From Paraspadella gotoi (lineage: Eukaryota; Animalia; Chaetognatha): a DNA stretch of 64,000 nt. The notes beneath the pieces were generated by a model, which made no database searches, was not told the origin of the DNA, and was given only the letters and a program-made list of their open reading frames with translations. Below are positions 50,808 to 64,000 of this stretch, piece after piece. The first letter of the stretch is position 1. Each line of letters opens with the position of its first letter. Both the position numbers and the translations under genes were made by a program. The stretch spans positions 21,561,665-21,625,664 of the forward strand of contig CM119269.1 of the NCBI GenBank assembly GCA_051294375.1. The letters are read 5' to 3'.

Positions 50808-50944
50808 AGAGATAGAGAGAGAGAGAAAATAACTAGAATCCATTTCCTTTTCGCTTGCCCTCGAGCGGACTTACTATGTGACTCAAATATCCAATTCACC
50901 ACCATTACCTCGAGCTGCCTCCCTTGGCCAATTGAAATAGAGAG

Positions 50945-50976
<32 letters not shown>

Positions 50977-51159
50977 GATGAGAGAGAGAAGAAAGAAAGT
51001 AAGAAAGAAAGAGAGGTAGTGAACAGAAAATATGACACTCAGCAAGTCAGGCATTCTTTCAATCATTTTCACTTAAATTATTTCTCTGATCGAACTCGAT
51101 TTCGTTTTGTAATTTATTTAACCTTCAATATTAATCGAGAGCGAAACTCACCTAACCTC

Positions 51160-52240
51160 CCCAAACGACCCACCCGGGTCCATTCGATTCCAGGAGTCTC
51201 TCCCGCCCCTTTCGCTTTATAAACACAGCAACCACCGGTCAAACTCTAATGGGGGGGGCGCTTAACGGTCGTGGGGCGGAATGTCGGGGTGGAGCAGGAT
51301 GGGGTGGGGGGGTGATACCTGCAAACTCTTGGCTCCGCGGATGCGTGATATAAGCAAGTGCGGAATTACCGATACTGCCATATCGTCTTGCTGAGGTGCG
51401 CAATATGGCACTGAAAGCGTTTTTTGGTATCAGGTAATGAGCGAATGTGCCGGTATATTCCACACCGCCTCACATCCACCATCGTTCAGCCAATACCATT
51501 GCTCAGGGGTTGTGTTTCTATCACCAAAGTTCCTAACGACTTCCTTTCTGCGTTGCAAGCAGACCGTCCTGGCGTAACCCGCGCCAGTGGATGCCCCCAT
51601 TTTCCAATGGCATCACAGGCAACCCGGCTGTTGCAATGGCGAACAACAAATACAAACATAATTCATTGGCAATAACAAATAATAAACCTTTCCAACATTT
51701 GAAATTTCTCAAGACTTTTTAATCAAAACGACAATATGCAATTGATATTAATGAACTCCAATCATTCCAAACTACATCTTACACCCCCCTTTTTTTTTTT
51801 TCTTCTAGACGTCACCGTCTAAGTATGCGGGCGGGCATAGGTCCTCTGCACCACGAAGGCGGAAACGGGGAACCAGGTGTGGCGAGAGAGAAAAAAAACG
51901 GCATGCGCATTTTTTTTGTAGCCGAGGGGCGAATTTGGTTCCGCCGAATCCGGCGCCTTGAATCCAGGATGAAATATTACGAATCGAGCGCCGATACAGG
52001 AAAGTCGATGGCTTGCCGGACTGCAATAACCGCCGGATGCCAATGGCCTTGGAACGACTGCAACTAGACCAGCAGAAGAGCTGCGGATACGATGGGTTTA
52101 GAACCTTAAGGCAAACAAAATCAACAATGGACAATCTTGAGACGCGTCGATATATTTTCAAAGAATACCTGGCGTTTGAACAGACTGTATCGCAAACACC
52201 TAATACCAACCTCACGTACCAAGCGATTAACAAGCATTAA
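51160..52240 (+). CDS. Possible nested gene encoding a Cys/Trp-rich protein with TSP1-like motifs (noisy; inverted second copy at about 61480-62510)
   Basis: Two GC-rich blocks separated by an AT-rich stretch ending ttttcttctag; motifs SGWSR(W)GGCTC and GCQWPWNDCN...SCGYDG recoverable by comparing both copies. Confidence 0.35.
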
Positions 52241-52372
52241 GGAAAAAAAAAGATCTAAAATACAAGCACTCGATATTCCATTTGTAGCTTGGTGCCGACA
52301 AAAAAAATATTTGTTTCGGCTCCTCCTTATTCAAAATCAAAGCTCTTGAAATCGCGACACGTTCTGTCTCTC

Positions 52373-52443
<71 letters not shown>

Positions 52444-52697
52444 CTCTCTCTCTCTTCTCTCTCTCTTCTCCTCTCTCTCTGCTCTCTCTCTCTCTTCCTT
52501 ACTCTCTCTCTCCTTCTCTCCCGCCCTCTCCTCTCTCTATACCCCTCTTTCTCTCCCTTCCTCTCCCTCTATCGTCTCTCTTTTCTCTTCTCTCTCTATC
52601 TCTATCTCTTCTCTATCTCTCTCTCTCTAACAATTACGTACTTGCACTTGCCATTAAGAATTGATTGATTCTCGTTCCGGTTCGAAGTGCAAGAGAC

Positions 52698-52737
<40 letters not shown>

Positions 52738-53609
52738 AGAGAGAGACGAGAAGAGGAGGGATGAAGACTCTGCCGTGAAAATTCACAGGAGGAGCGAACT
52801 TCGTTCGTCGGATGAAGTTATGGGAAAAGATGCAGACGAGAAAGAGTTTTTCATGCGAGAGGGGACGGGGACTGGGGGGGAGGGTCCCGTCTAGAGAGCG
52901 AATGTGTGCAGTTTAAGTGATGAGGTGTGAATGTTGGCAGTTTCCAGAAAAACATGTGCTAATGTGCTTTGCAACAAGAGATCTCAATCCTAGTAAAAAA
53001 TTATGTTATTTAGAGAGAGGCCGTGGGTTCGAATCCCACCACTGCCCCCATATTTAACAGAAACAAGTGGATTTTATTTTCTATTTTATGAAGGCAAGCG
53101 CAAGACGGTGTTCCAGAATTTGGAAAAGGAATGAATCGTACAAAAAATGGGTCCAGTATTTACAATTTATACCCAAGTCTATCAATCATCGACACAGGCT
53201 GTGTTTTCCCTTTGGCATAGAAGCCATCTTGTGATTGGTCGATTCCATTGGTGGTTCGTCCAATGAAAAGAGCGGACGGCTTTCGAGGTTCTCCCCGCAG
53301 TCGCGGATCCAAATTCTATTTCGGTTCTGATTCCTTCTGCAATGAGGTAGGGTGAAGTGAAAGTTTGAACTCAAGATTTAGCAGTTATATCTTGGAAAAC
53401 TATAATATTAGAAATACAATCTGTAGTTATTTTCCTTTTTTTTTAAATATATTAGCCCAGTCAGCGTATTTTTTATATAGTGCTACCCTTATATAATGTC
53501 AAAATTTCAAATTTTTTTTTTTAAATTCTGAGAACTGATTCAGATTCCTCGATAAAAGTTGATAAAAAAAAAATATAAATCTTTTTCAAAAATTAAGTCA
53601 TTAAGTAAA

Positions 53610-55330
53610 CTGACCAACTTAATAAAAGAATTTACAAAAAAAATTAATACTTTCTTATATCAACTTGTTGCAAGGAATCCAAATCCTATCTTAAAGTTTA
53701 AAAATTTGCATTTTGAAAGTTCAGCCAATTATATACTTATTAGTTATCACTATATATAAATATAGCTTACTGGTATCCACTAATGTATAAAATTAGAAAA
53801 TAAATTTACCTAAATTTTTTTATTGGTTTTTATTTTTATTTTCTGTATGCTAGATTTTAATTTTATAAAATTTTATTATTTTCACATCACTCTAGTGTAT
53901 AACTGTGATTAAAAAAATGTGCACTCTGCTCAGACTCCGAAAAAGAAAATGTGTAATCATAAATACATTAAATGATATAGGTTTGAAATTTAAGGTTTAA
54001 ATATTTAAATGAATAAAATAAAATTAATATCCAAGTTTTTCACAAGTTTAAGTAATAATGGTTTTTAAACAAGCAGCAACAAACGAAAACTCAAAGTCAC
54101 CATATCTTGTTATCAAAGATTGGAATTTTCTTTGGGGTCAAAATCTAAACTCGGATTTGGACGGAAAATACATGATTGGATTCTGAGAGAGAGAGGGAGA
54201 AAAAAAAAGAGAGAGAGAGAGAGAGAGAGGGAGAAAAAGAGAGAGAGAGAGAGAATATTTTATTTGCTCGCTCTCTCTCTTTCTCTGGCCCTCTCTATCT
54301 GAGTCTTTCTCTTCTTAGTGTTTTTTCTTCCTCTCCCTGGCTCTCTTTTTCTTTCTCTCTCTTTTTTTCTCTCTCTTTCTCTCTCTTTCTCTCTCTCTCT
54401 CTCTTNNNNNNNNNNNNNNNNNNNNNNNNNGTAAACTGAAAATTGAAAATCAGCATCTTATATATAGTTTTTTACATTTTTGACCAACTTAATAAAGAAT
54501 TTCAAAAAAAATTATATACTGTTCTTATCATCAACTTGTTGCAAAGGAATCCAAATCCTATCTTAAGTTTAAATAATTGCATTTTGAAAGCCTTCTACCA
54601 ATTAATATACTTATCAGTTCACTATACTATAAATATAGAGCCTTACGTGGTATACACTAATGTATAAATTAGAAATAAATTTACCTAAATTTTTTATTAT
54701 TGGTTTTTATTTTTTATTTCCGTATGCTAAATATTTCATTTACTATAAATTTTATTCATTTTTCACATCACTCATAGTGTTATAACTGTGATTAACATCA
54801 ACAAAAATGCCATGACACTACTCAAGACTCCGAAAAAGAAAAATGTCAGATCATTATCATAAAATACAATTAAGATGATATGTCAGGCTTTGACAATTTA
54901 AGGTTTAAATACTTTCAAACTGAATAAAATAAAATTAATATCCAAGTTTTCAAAGTTTAAGTGAATAATGGTTTTTTAACAAGCAGCAACAGAACGAAAA
55001 CTCAAGTCACCATATCTGGTTATCAAGATTGGAATTTTCTTTGGGCGGTCAAATCTAAACTCGGATTTGGACGGAAAATACATGATTGGATTCTGACCGA
55101 AGGAGAGAGAGGAGAAAAAGGGGGAGAGAGAGAGATGAAAAGGGAGAGAGAGAGAGAGTAAGGAGAGAGAGAGGAGAAGAGAGAGAGAGAGAGAAGAGGA
55201 GAGAATATTTATATTTGCTCGCTCTCTCTCTTTCTCTTGGCCCTCTCTATCTGAGTCTTCTCTTCTTAGTGTTTTTTCTTCCTGCTCCCTGGCCTAACCA
55301 TCTCTCTTTTCTTTCTCTCTCTTTCTTCTC
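53610..55330. repeat. Direct duplication 53610-54405 vs 54480-55330 across a 25-N gap
   Basis: Colinear copies; the second is insertion-rich. Confidence 0.8.
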
Positions 55331-55839
55331 TCTCCTCTTTCTCTCTCTTTTCTCTCTCTCTCTTTCTCTCTCTCTTACTCTCTCTTCTCTCTTTCTCTCT
55401 TTTTCTCTCTCTCTTTTAATTTCTATCTGGACCCTCTTCGTCTCCTCTCTCTTTTGGCTTTCTTTCTCTTTCTCTATCTGGGATCTCGTTCTCTTTCTTT
55501 ACTACCGTTTTTATCTCTCTCTCTCTCTCTCTCTCTCTTTTTCTCTCTCTCTCTCTCTCAAATCGATTTGTGTCACTCTATTGCAACCTTTTTTCCTTTT
55601 TCCTCGCCATTTAATTTTTTATCTAAAACAGTTATTTACAAATTTGCAATGTTATGTTACGAGTATGCTAGACTGTCAGCATCCAATCACCGGCTGGAAA
55701 TTTCCAGCCGTTCGATTCTAACGAAGCGTGGAACGTTGGAGTGGGCGTCGTCGTCATCGTCGTCGTCGTCATCGTCGTCACCGTCCCCATCGTCGTCGTC
55801 CCATTTCCGGTCGTCGGCTCATTTTTTCATTTTGTATTT

Positions 55840-55912
<73 letters not shown>

Positions 55913-57220
55913 ATGAATCTGGGAATTTCTATTTTCTATTAATCTTTTCTGCTTCCTTTTTTTTTAAATTGAAATTCCATACATGGGCTGATTTGCGGTG
56001 CGAGGGGCTGAGAGACGGGCCAGATGGGCTTCGGGTTGGGGCCAGAGGGGCTGAAAGATGGGCCCAACGGGTACGAGGGTGTAATGAGCCCAGGGGGTTC
56101 AGAGTTTGAAGGAGGTCGAAGAAATTTGGGGGAAAAAAATTAAAGAAAATATCTCGGTAAATAAAGATAGATAAAGAAAAGAGAGACAGAGAAAGATTAT
56201 GAATTGAATCCTCGTGTGTTTTGATTCAAAAAGAACAAAATAATTTGGTTCTTTTATTTTTTTTATCCTCAAGATGGCGGCTAAATATTTACTAATTCAT
56301 ATTTAATAAAGTTAAGTTCAAGGATTAGTCTAAATAATTACTTTGTTTTCTGCTTCCCTTCTCCATTGTCTATTCCACAATGAGAAATTTTAAGATAAAG
56401 GGGAAAAAAGATATTAAAAATGCATCAACCACGTTGTATTTTTTATCGGACAAAAAGGAATATTTATGTAAAGAAAAGAAGAAGCGGTAAAATGCGGAGA
56501 CAAGATATGGAAATCACGGAAAAAAAAACAGATGCAAACATAAGACATAAAAACACGAAAACAAAGCCTCGGTGATTTTGAGTCTTTATTGTATTTTAAA
56601 AAATATAAAATTATTTAAATAATAAGTATAAAATAATAAATGAAAAGTTTTTCATTATCTTTGAAAGTGGGACCTATTGACTAACAGTCTACAGTTTAAA
56701 TATTATTGCTTATTAATGCTTATTATTTTTAAATAATCTCACTAAACTAAATATAAAAATTAGTTACTAAAATATTAAGTTATAGTTATAGCAAATATTA
56801 AAAAATAGCCTATTATTATATGATTTAATTATATTAGATTATAACAGCCAGACGGACGGACTGACGGACGGACTGAAAAAGTGATCTATAGAAATTCTCT
56901 CTCAAAAACATGTACTACTAGAAAACAAATAATATTTATCGTTTTTTCTCCTACTTTCCATATAAGTTGGGCTTTTTTTTTTCAAATCTCATACGATTTA
57001 AGTATCTCCCTTTTTTTTTTTGACAAAATATTTGGTCCCGCGAATACATTAGAAAAAAAAAGTAAAGTTGTCAAACAACAAATTGGAAAAAAGAGAGAAT
57101 CTTTTTTTTTTTTTACTCAAAAAAGAAAAAAAGAAAAAAAAGGGAAACGGGATTCGTGACAATTTTGGAGTCTGAGCTGAAACGGCGGCTGCGTCGGCTG
57201 CGGCGTCGGCGTCGGCTGCT

Positions 57221-57254
<34 letters not shown>

Positions 57255-59235
57255 CACTTTCAATTCCTCCCCTTTCGCGATCACAACCATTCGATCCGAC
57301 ACCATCGGGGCAAACCATTTCTCTCTGCTGCACCATTGGAACCAAATTGCAGCTGTGTGGCAGTTACTTCCGTTTGATGGTTGTAACATTGGAATCCGCT
57401 ACTGCCAATCCCATTGTTTGATGCTGTATAATTGGAACCAGATACTGCAGTTACTGTTAAAAATCACATCTTTTGATGTTACACTGAGAACCAAATACAA
57501 CAAATATAGTGTCAAGTTTCCTAAATACAGCAGTATCCTTTCCCACGCACATCCTTTTATGGTCCACCGTATAAAAAAAATGCAGCAATGTATTTTACCC
57601 CTTATACCTTAATTGAGCATCTTAGGAACATACAGAACTTTGTCACACATTACTTCCATTTCTTTTTTATTACCTCCGTGTCTGTTACTCCGATCTTTCC
57701 TGCTAAAACACATTAGTTATCGTAGCCGTAAATATTTATTGAGGCTGATTTATCAAGACTAATACATTACAATAACATATTTCGATTCTGCATTATCGTT
57801 ACTTTAATTGAACAGTTTCCGTTAGAACATCCCAACTCAACATCCATTAGCTATTTAAATAAAGAAAAGTTTTGGTTTTTTTTTTTTTGGTACCACATGG
57901 GAACAGTTTTTTTGTAAGTTCTCACGCTCCATCCTACATCAGCGCATTCACTCATAATGGAAACTGAATAGTGGATAAAGTTTTTGACTTTTAAGTCAAT
58001 TCCAGTTTGAAACCCAGAAATTTTCTCACAACGGATCAGTCGGATCACCAATAGTGTTTAATTGCGCCGTGATTAACCGCGGTCACGTGATCAGAAATTC
58101 GAGGAAAAGAGTTTCAATAAGTAATGAACAATCATTTTCTTGTTCCTTACTTATTTAGTCACTTGATCATCACTTGATCATCGGCGTCACACTTTCAAAT
58201 TCCTTTTTCTTGTTCAGTCGCAACAAACTTCATCAAAAAAAAAAAAAACAATAAACTCTCTTTAAAATTTCCCTCCATTCTCAGTCCAGGAAAATCTTTT
58301 CTTCAAATAATCTTGGAAAATAATCTGTCAGTTTTCATTATTAATTTTACGCCCGACGTTGTTGTCCTACTCATCCATCCNNNNNNNNNNNNNNNNNNNN
58401 NNNNNCATTTCCCCTCATCCCTCCCAGCCTTCCTCCACCCTTTGGGCCCCTCCACCCTTGCAGCTCGCACCTTTCCTCTCCACCTTGCAGCTCCACCGCT
58501 TTCCTCCCCAGATGCACATCGCACCTGCCACTCCAACTCAACTTCTCCTCCTCCCCCTTCCCGCCCACCTCACACCTTGCTCCTCCACCCTTTCCTCCTC
58601 CACCCTTGCCATCTCCACCCTTTCCACTCCACCCGCCAGCTCCACCCTTGCCACCCCTCCCCCTCAACCCTCTGCCAGCCTCGACGCCCTCTGCTCCCCT
58701 CCACCTTCTCCTCCTCTCACCTTCCATCTCCACCGCTTGCCACTCGCAACTTGGCACGCCCCTCCACCCCTTTGCTCCCTCCAACCCTCTCTCTCCTTTC
58801 TCCTGTCCATTTTGAAATGCAAAGAGAAAATTCTTGTTTGTGAGATATTTGTTTGTGACGTTATTACGCCGTGCCCCCCCCCAGCATCAGTCGCCGCCAT
58901 TCCAGAGTATATCCCTCGCTCACCATTCTCTTTTTTTATCTGCAAACGCCTTTCTCATCTCATTACTCTCTTCTTTTTCTTTCCCTTTCTTTCTTCTTCT
59001 CTTTTCTTCTCTTCTTTTTCTCTTTTCTCTTCTCCTCCTTCTCTTTCTTTCTTTCTGCTTTTTATTTTGGTGTTTATCTATTTTAATTTCTTCCTCATAC
59101 TTTTTTATGTTCTCCGCCGGTTGGCGGCTTGGTGAGTCGAACAGACTAGAATGAACGAAAGTGAGATAGAGTGAGAGCAGAGATTAGAGAGACAGAGAGC
59201 GAGAGAGATGAGAGAGAAGAGAGAGAGACGAGAAG

Positions 59236-59272
<37 letters not shown>

Positions 59273-59897
59273 GTGGGGGCCGAATGTTTGGTTTGTCATT
59301 TCCTATTTTTTGCCATTATCTCAGTTTCCAGTTGTGATGTGCGTCAACACCATTGTGGTTTTAATATTGTGTCTGTACTGTGGGCTGCTTTCTCTCTGTC
59401 TTTCTGTCTATCTGTTCTCTCTCTCTTTCTCTCTCTCTCCGCCCTCTCTCTCTCGCCCTATTCAACTTCAATGCTATATCATCTTTATCTTCTCACGAAT
59501 GGGAAGGGTGAGAGAGAAAGAAAGAAAGGATGAGACTCGTGGAGAACATAAGATCCACGGACGTGCGCTGAAGGTGAGGTCATGAAGGCGCCCTCTACTT
59601 CGGTTATGAAAGCGAATTTGTTCAAAGAAAATGCCACTGGCAACAAGGAAGAGGATGATCTGCCTAATGTGTGTGTGTGTGTCCTTCTGTCTCTGTCTTC
59701 TCTCTCTCTTCTCTCTTTGAGACTTTTGTATTTTTCTCAGTCTCTTTTATCCCCACTGGTGTCTTCTCTCTCTTTGAATGTATGAATGTGCGATTGACCT
59801 AGATTCCTCTCTCTCTCGATCCTCTCTCATCCTTCTCTCTCTCTCATCTCTCTCTCCTCTCTCATTCTCTCTCATCTTCTCTCTCTCTGCTCCGCAG

Positions 59898-59985
59898 CAT
59901 CACTCAATTCAGAAACTCCATTTTATGGCGCGATAACGAAGATTCGCGAGCAGCTGTCCTCGTTGTGCGTGGAATTCTTGCGCAG
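59898..59985 (+). CDS. SRCIN1/KIAA1217-like gene, first coiled-coil exon (frameshifted by read errors)
   Basis: tccgcag|CA...CAG|gtgcgt; with indels corrected by eye reads SLNSETP.MARITKI..QLSSLCGILAQ, similar to family ET.ERM.AMEKQIASLTGLVQ; phase 1 start. Confidence 0.55.
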
Positions 59986-61014
59986 GTGCGTAAAATTGTA
60001 TTTGCGAAAAAAAAAGGGAAAAAAAGACGACGTAAAAATCTTTGAGCTTTTCTTTTCCTCCAAAGGGTTAAATGTTGAGGCCAACATTCAGACTTTTTTT
60101 CTCTCGCTCTCTTCTCTTCTCTCCTCTCCTCCTCTCTTCTCTCTCTCTCTCTCTCCTCTCTCTCTTCTCCTCCTTCTCTCTGCTCCTCCTCTCTCTCTCT
60201 CTGCTCGTCCTCTGAATTGAAAAAGAGAGGGATGAGAGAGAGATGAAAGAGAAAGAGAGAGGGAGAGGGAGCGAGAGAGAGAAGGAGAGGAGAGAGAGAG
60301 AGAGAAAGAGAGAAGAGGGAGAGAGAGTAGAGAGAGGAGAGAAGAGAGAGAGATAAAGCAAAAAGCTTGATCGCCTTAGCAAACATCGGCTCAAAAAAAA
60401 AAAAGTGGATGTGTCTACTGTGTAACTATGGAAGAGAAGGGATTTTGATACTGGATGAGAGCGTGGGGAATGATGTATTGGGCTTTGTGGGCAATCAGGG
60501 TGGCTATGGCGTGCGCTGCAATGGGGTAGAGCGTGGGTCCGGCGAAGAAGAACCGAGAAAAATAAAGATAACTTGTGGAAGAAAACAGTGGGAGAACAAA
60601 AAATAAAAAGAAAGTGTTATGGTAGGAGAGGGAAATTAACAGAGATGATCGAATGGTGAAAGATAGACAGATGAAGAGAGAGATGGGACAAGGGTGCAGG
60701 ATAAAGAAATATAAATGGAAGGACTAAGGGAGGATAAGGGGGAACAAGTCTGAAAAAGCGACCGAGAAGAATATCGAAAAAATAAATTTGACTTAAGGGT
60801 GCTATGAAAGGTATGAGAGAACAAGAGAAGTGAGCGCAGTCGCTAGAAAACAGAAAAATGATAATTGAGAAAATACAAAATTTAAAAAAAAAAATAAAAC
60901 GAAAGGTGGAGAAAGGAAAAATTGTAAGATTAGGATGATAGCCAATGAGTACGGGAGAAGCTCGCATTAGACGAGGAAAGAAAGAGAAGACATGAAGAGA
61001 GAGATGGAGAAAGA

Positions 61015-61046
<32 letters not shown>

Positions 61047-61349
61047 AGAGAGAGAGGCAGAGAGAGCGAGAGAAAAAAGCTGCATGTAGGTCACAGATAC
61101 CTTGAGGAAAAGAAAAGCAAGTTTTCGCGCTTTTCTTTGAAATAGAACGCGACGCGAATGCGCGAAAACTTGAAGGGAAGCTCGCCGCGGTAAATACTCG
61201 GATCCGCCTAAATGATTTTGTCTGAGTGCAATTGCTTGGACGAGAGGGATGGAAGAGACGAGAGAGAGAGAGCGAGAGAGAGTAACGAGAGAGAGAGGAG
61301 AGAGACGCGATGCGAGGAGAGAGAGAGACGAGAGAGAGCTAGCCAACGA

Positions 61350-63040
61350 TTCTGAGAGAGTAGACAGAATGTCCGCGATCAAGAGCTTTTGATTTTGAAT
61401 AAGGGAGGAGCGAAACAAATTTTCGGGCACCAAGCTACAAATGGAATATCGAGTGCTTGTATTTTAGATCTTTTTTTTCTCTAATGCTTGTTTCAAGCTT
61501 GGTACGTGGGTTGGTATTGGTGTTTGCGATACAGACGTTTAACCCAGTCCTGTTCAAACGCAGGATTTCTTTGAAAATATATCGACGCGTCTTCCAGAAT
61601 TGTACATGTTGATTTGGTTTCCTTAAAAGGTTCCAAACCATCGTATCCGCAGCTCTCTGCTGGTCTATTGCAAGTTCGTTCACCGGCCAATTGCTGGCGT
61701 TCTTGCAGTTCCGGCAAGCTCATCGACTTTCCGTATCGGCCGCTCCCGATTCGTAATATTTCTCCTGGATTCCGGCGCCGGATTCCGGAACCAAATTCGC
61801 CCTCGGTTTTACAAAAAAAATGACGCCATCCGTTTTTCTCTGCTCGCACACCGGTTCCCCGTTTCGCCTTCGTGTGCAAGAGGACTATCCGCCCTGCATA
61901 CTTAGACGGTGACGTCGAATGTAGTTGCGATGATTGAGTTCATTAATATCCTTTGCATATTGTCGTTTTTGATTAAACAGTCTTGAGAAATTTCAAATGT
62001 TGGAAAGGTTTATTATTTGTTATTTCGCCAATGATTATGTTTGTTATTTGTTTGTCGCATTGCAACAGCCGGGTTGCCTGTATGCCATTGGAATGGGGCA
62101 CTCACTGGCGCGGTTACCCAGACAGTCTCTTTGCAAACAAGCTCCGATACGGCAGAAGAAGTCGTTAACTTTGATAGACACAACGCCTGACCCAATGGTA
62201 TTGGCTGACGATGGGGATGTGAGGCGGTGTGAATGATACCGCCACATTGCTTCATACCTGATCCAAAAAAACGCTTTCGTGCCATATTGCCACCTCCAAG
62301 ACGATATGGCATAATCACGGTAATCGCTACCTCTGATATGGCCATCCGTGGAACCAGAGTTTGCCCAGGTACACCCCCCCATCCTGCTCACCCCGACTCC
62401 GCCACGACCGGCGGGCCCCCATTTAGAGTTGAACCGATGGTGCCGTTATAAAGCGAAGGGCGGGAGAGACCCTGGTCCGAATGGACCCAGGGTGGGTCGT
62501 TTGGGGAGTTAGGTGGTTTCGCTTCATCAATAATACCTGAAGCTTAAATAAATGAACAACGAAATCGAGTTCGATCCAGAGAAATAAGTAAAGACATGAT
62601 TGAAAGAATGCTGACTTGCTGAGTCATAATTTTCTGTCAGCTACCTCTCTTTCTTTCTTTTACTTTCTTCTCTCTATCTCTTCTCCTCTCTCCTTCCCTC
62701 TCTCCTCCTCTCTCTCTCCCTCTCTCTCTCTCTTCTCTATTCATATGGCCAAAGGGAAGGCAGACTCGGAGTAATGGGGTGAATGGATATTGGAGTCATA
62801 ATAGTAAGTTCGCTCGAGGGCGAACGAAAAAGGAAAATGGATTCTAGTTATTTCTCTCTCTCCTCTCTCCTCTATCTCTCTCTCTCCTTCTCTCTCTCTC
62901 TCTCTCTCTCACTCTCATCTCACTCTCTGTGTCTCTCGATGTCCAATGACACTTATACTTAGAAATATTGTTCACATTGCAATTTAAAACTTGGTGAATA
63001 GATTAATATTCTAAACATGAGCCAACAACTTTTTAGCTTA
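61350..63040 (-). repeat. Inverted copy of 50605-52375
   Basis: Reverse-complement colinearity over about 1.7 kb with many indels. Confidence 0.8.
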
Positions 63041-63199
63041 GATCGCTTACCCCTCTCTCTCTCTCTCTCTCTCTCGTCTCTCCTCTTCTTCTCTCTCATC
63101 TCTCTCCTCTTCTCTCTCATCTCTCTTCTCTCATTCCCCCGCGTTGGAGATAAGCACACTCACTCACATCTCTATCACGTGATAAACCGACCCCCCAAA

Positions 63200-64000
63200 T
63201 TACCAAAATCTCCCTTCACCAAAACCCGCTTCCATTTTTCCACAAAAAAAGTTCCCCACAATCTCCCGCAAGCAATCTCTCCGCCAAGCAAATCTGTCTT
63301 CGACACAGCTCCGCCAAGCAGGCTCCGCAAACCACCTGCCGCATCAGCCGCAGCAACGACAGCAGCAACAGCAAGAAATAAAAACAAGCGACAACAACGA
63401 CAGCACAGCCCACGCCGCCTCGTCGATCAGCGGGCCGGGCCTCGCCGGAATCCCTCGTCGAGGTCGACGGACCGCCAGTTCAAACCGCCCGACGCGACGA
63501 CGACGGCCGTCTTCCCTCGGCGTCAAAGTGACGCCGCCGACTCAACCGCGCCGCGAATTCCACCGACGCACTCTCGTCTCAAATGCCGACGTTTACAAAT
63601 CCGCTTCCAATTTGAGAAAGAGGATCCTTGACTTCAGAGGCCGATGGTACAAGATATCTGTCGTCGTGAAGCCAATGAACGAGAGGTCGAAAGCACGATA
63701 CGATTAGCATGACCTGACGACGGAAGAACGCCGCACTCTAAGCCGTGACGCTCAAACCGCGCCGTGCAAAACACGTCAGCGCCGCCCAAGGCTGACCAGC
63801 AGGGGCAAGGGCCGCGTGTCCCCCATGCGGCCGCTAAGGCTATGGAGGAGGCGGCGGGAAGGAGACGACGACGAATAATTCGACCGCCTACTCCTCCGCC
63901 GACGGACGCCGCCTAGCGCCGCCGCCGCGCCAAGGTACGTCTCCGACCCAAATCGCGAAAGGCACTAGCCGCCGCGGCAGCGAAGAGCCAGGGCGCAGCA
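63200..64000 (+). CDS. Probable further SRCIN1/KIAA1217-like coding sequence (noisy; boundaries uncertain)
   Basis: GC-rich, Pro/Gln/Ala-coding; near 63590-63730 reads VYKSASNLRKRILD.RG.VQDI.R, similar to family LR....DLR.QLQQ.R coiled coil. Confidence 0.45.

Larger units (their letters stand above)
50205..53252. repeat. Direct duplication 50205-50578 vs 52860-53252 around a 25-N gap
   Basis: Colinear copies; the second is insertion-rich. Confidence 0.75.

Noticed and set aside
57150-58050. Minus-strand exon-like fragments (VTAVSGSNYTASNNG...)
   Set aside because: Short, terminated by stops, not joinable in a consistent phase and not recognisable as any family.

Overview
AT-rich, microsatellite-dense animal (invertebrate-like) nuclear DNA from a draft assembly. 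Seven exactly-25-N gaps are accompanied by noisy, locally duplicated or folded-back sequence, as expected from long-read gap filling. Almost every ORF in the supplied track is a simple-repeat artefact; the real genes are spliced. Supported content: (1) the 3' nine exons of a divergent SLC22/MFS transporter (+, 1219-5692, phase-consistent to the stop codon); (2) a large + strand SRCIN1/KIAA1217 (p140Cap/Sickle tail, AIP3-domain) family gene from about 22801 to beyond the window end, apparently with two alternative N-termini, one carrying an SxIP motif; (3) minimal type I hammerhead ribozymes of the Penelope/retrozyme kind in a divergent arrangement near 9.5-12 kb; (4) many non-autonomous elements: DINE-1/HINE-like, a Tc1-like MITE, a foldback MITE with a 10-bp TSD, TIR elements with telomere-like cores, and a LINE 3' relic; (5) several minisatellites, a structured tRNA-like intronic element and a possible nested TSP1-like gene. 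No CRISPR or prokaryotic system is present.
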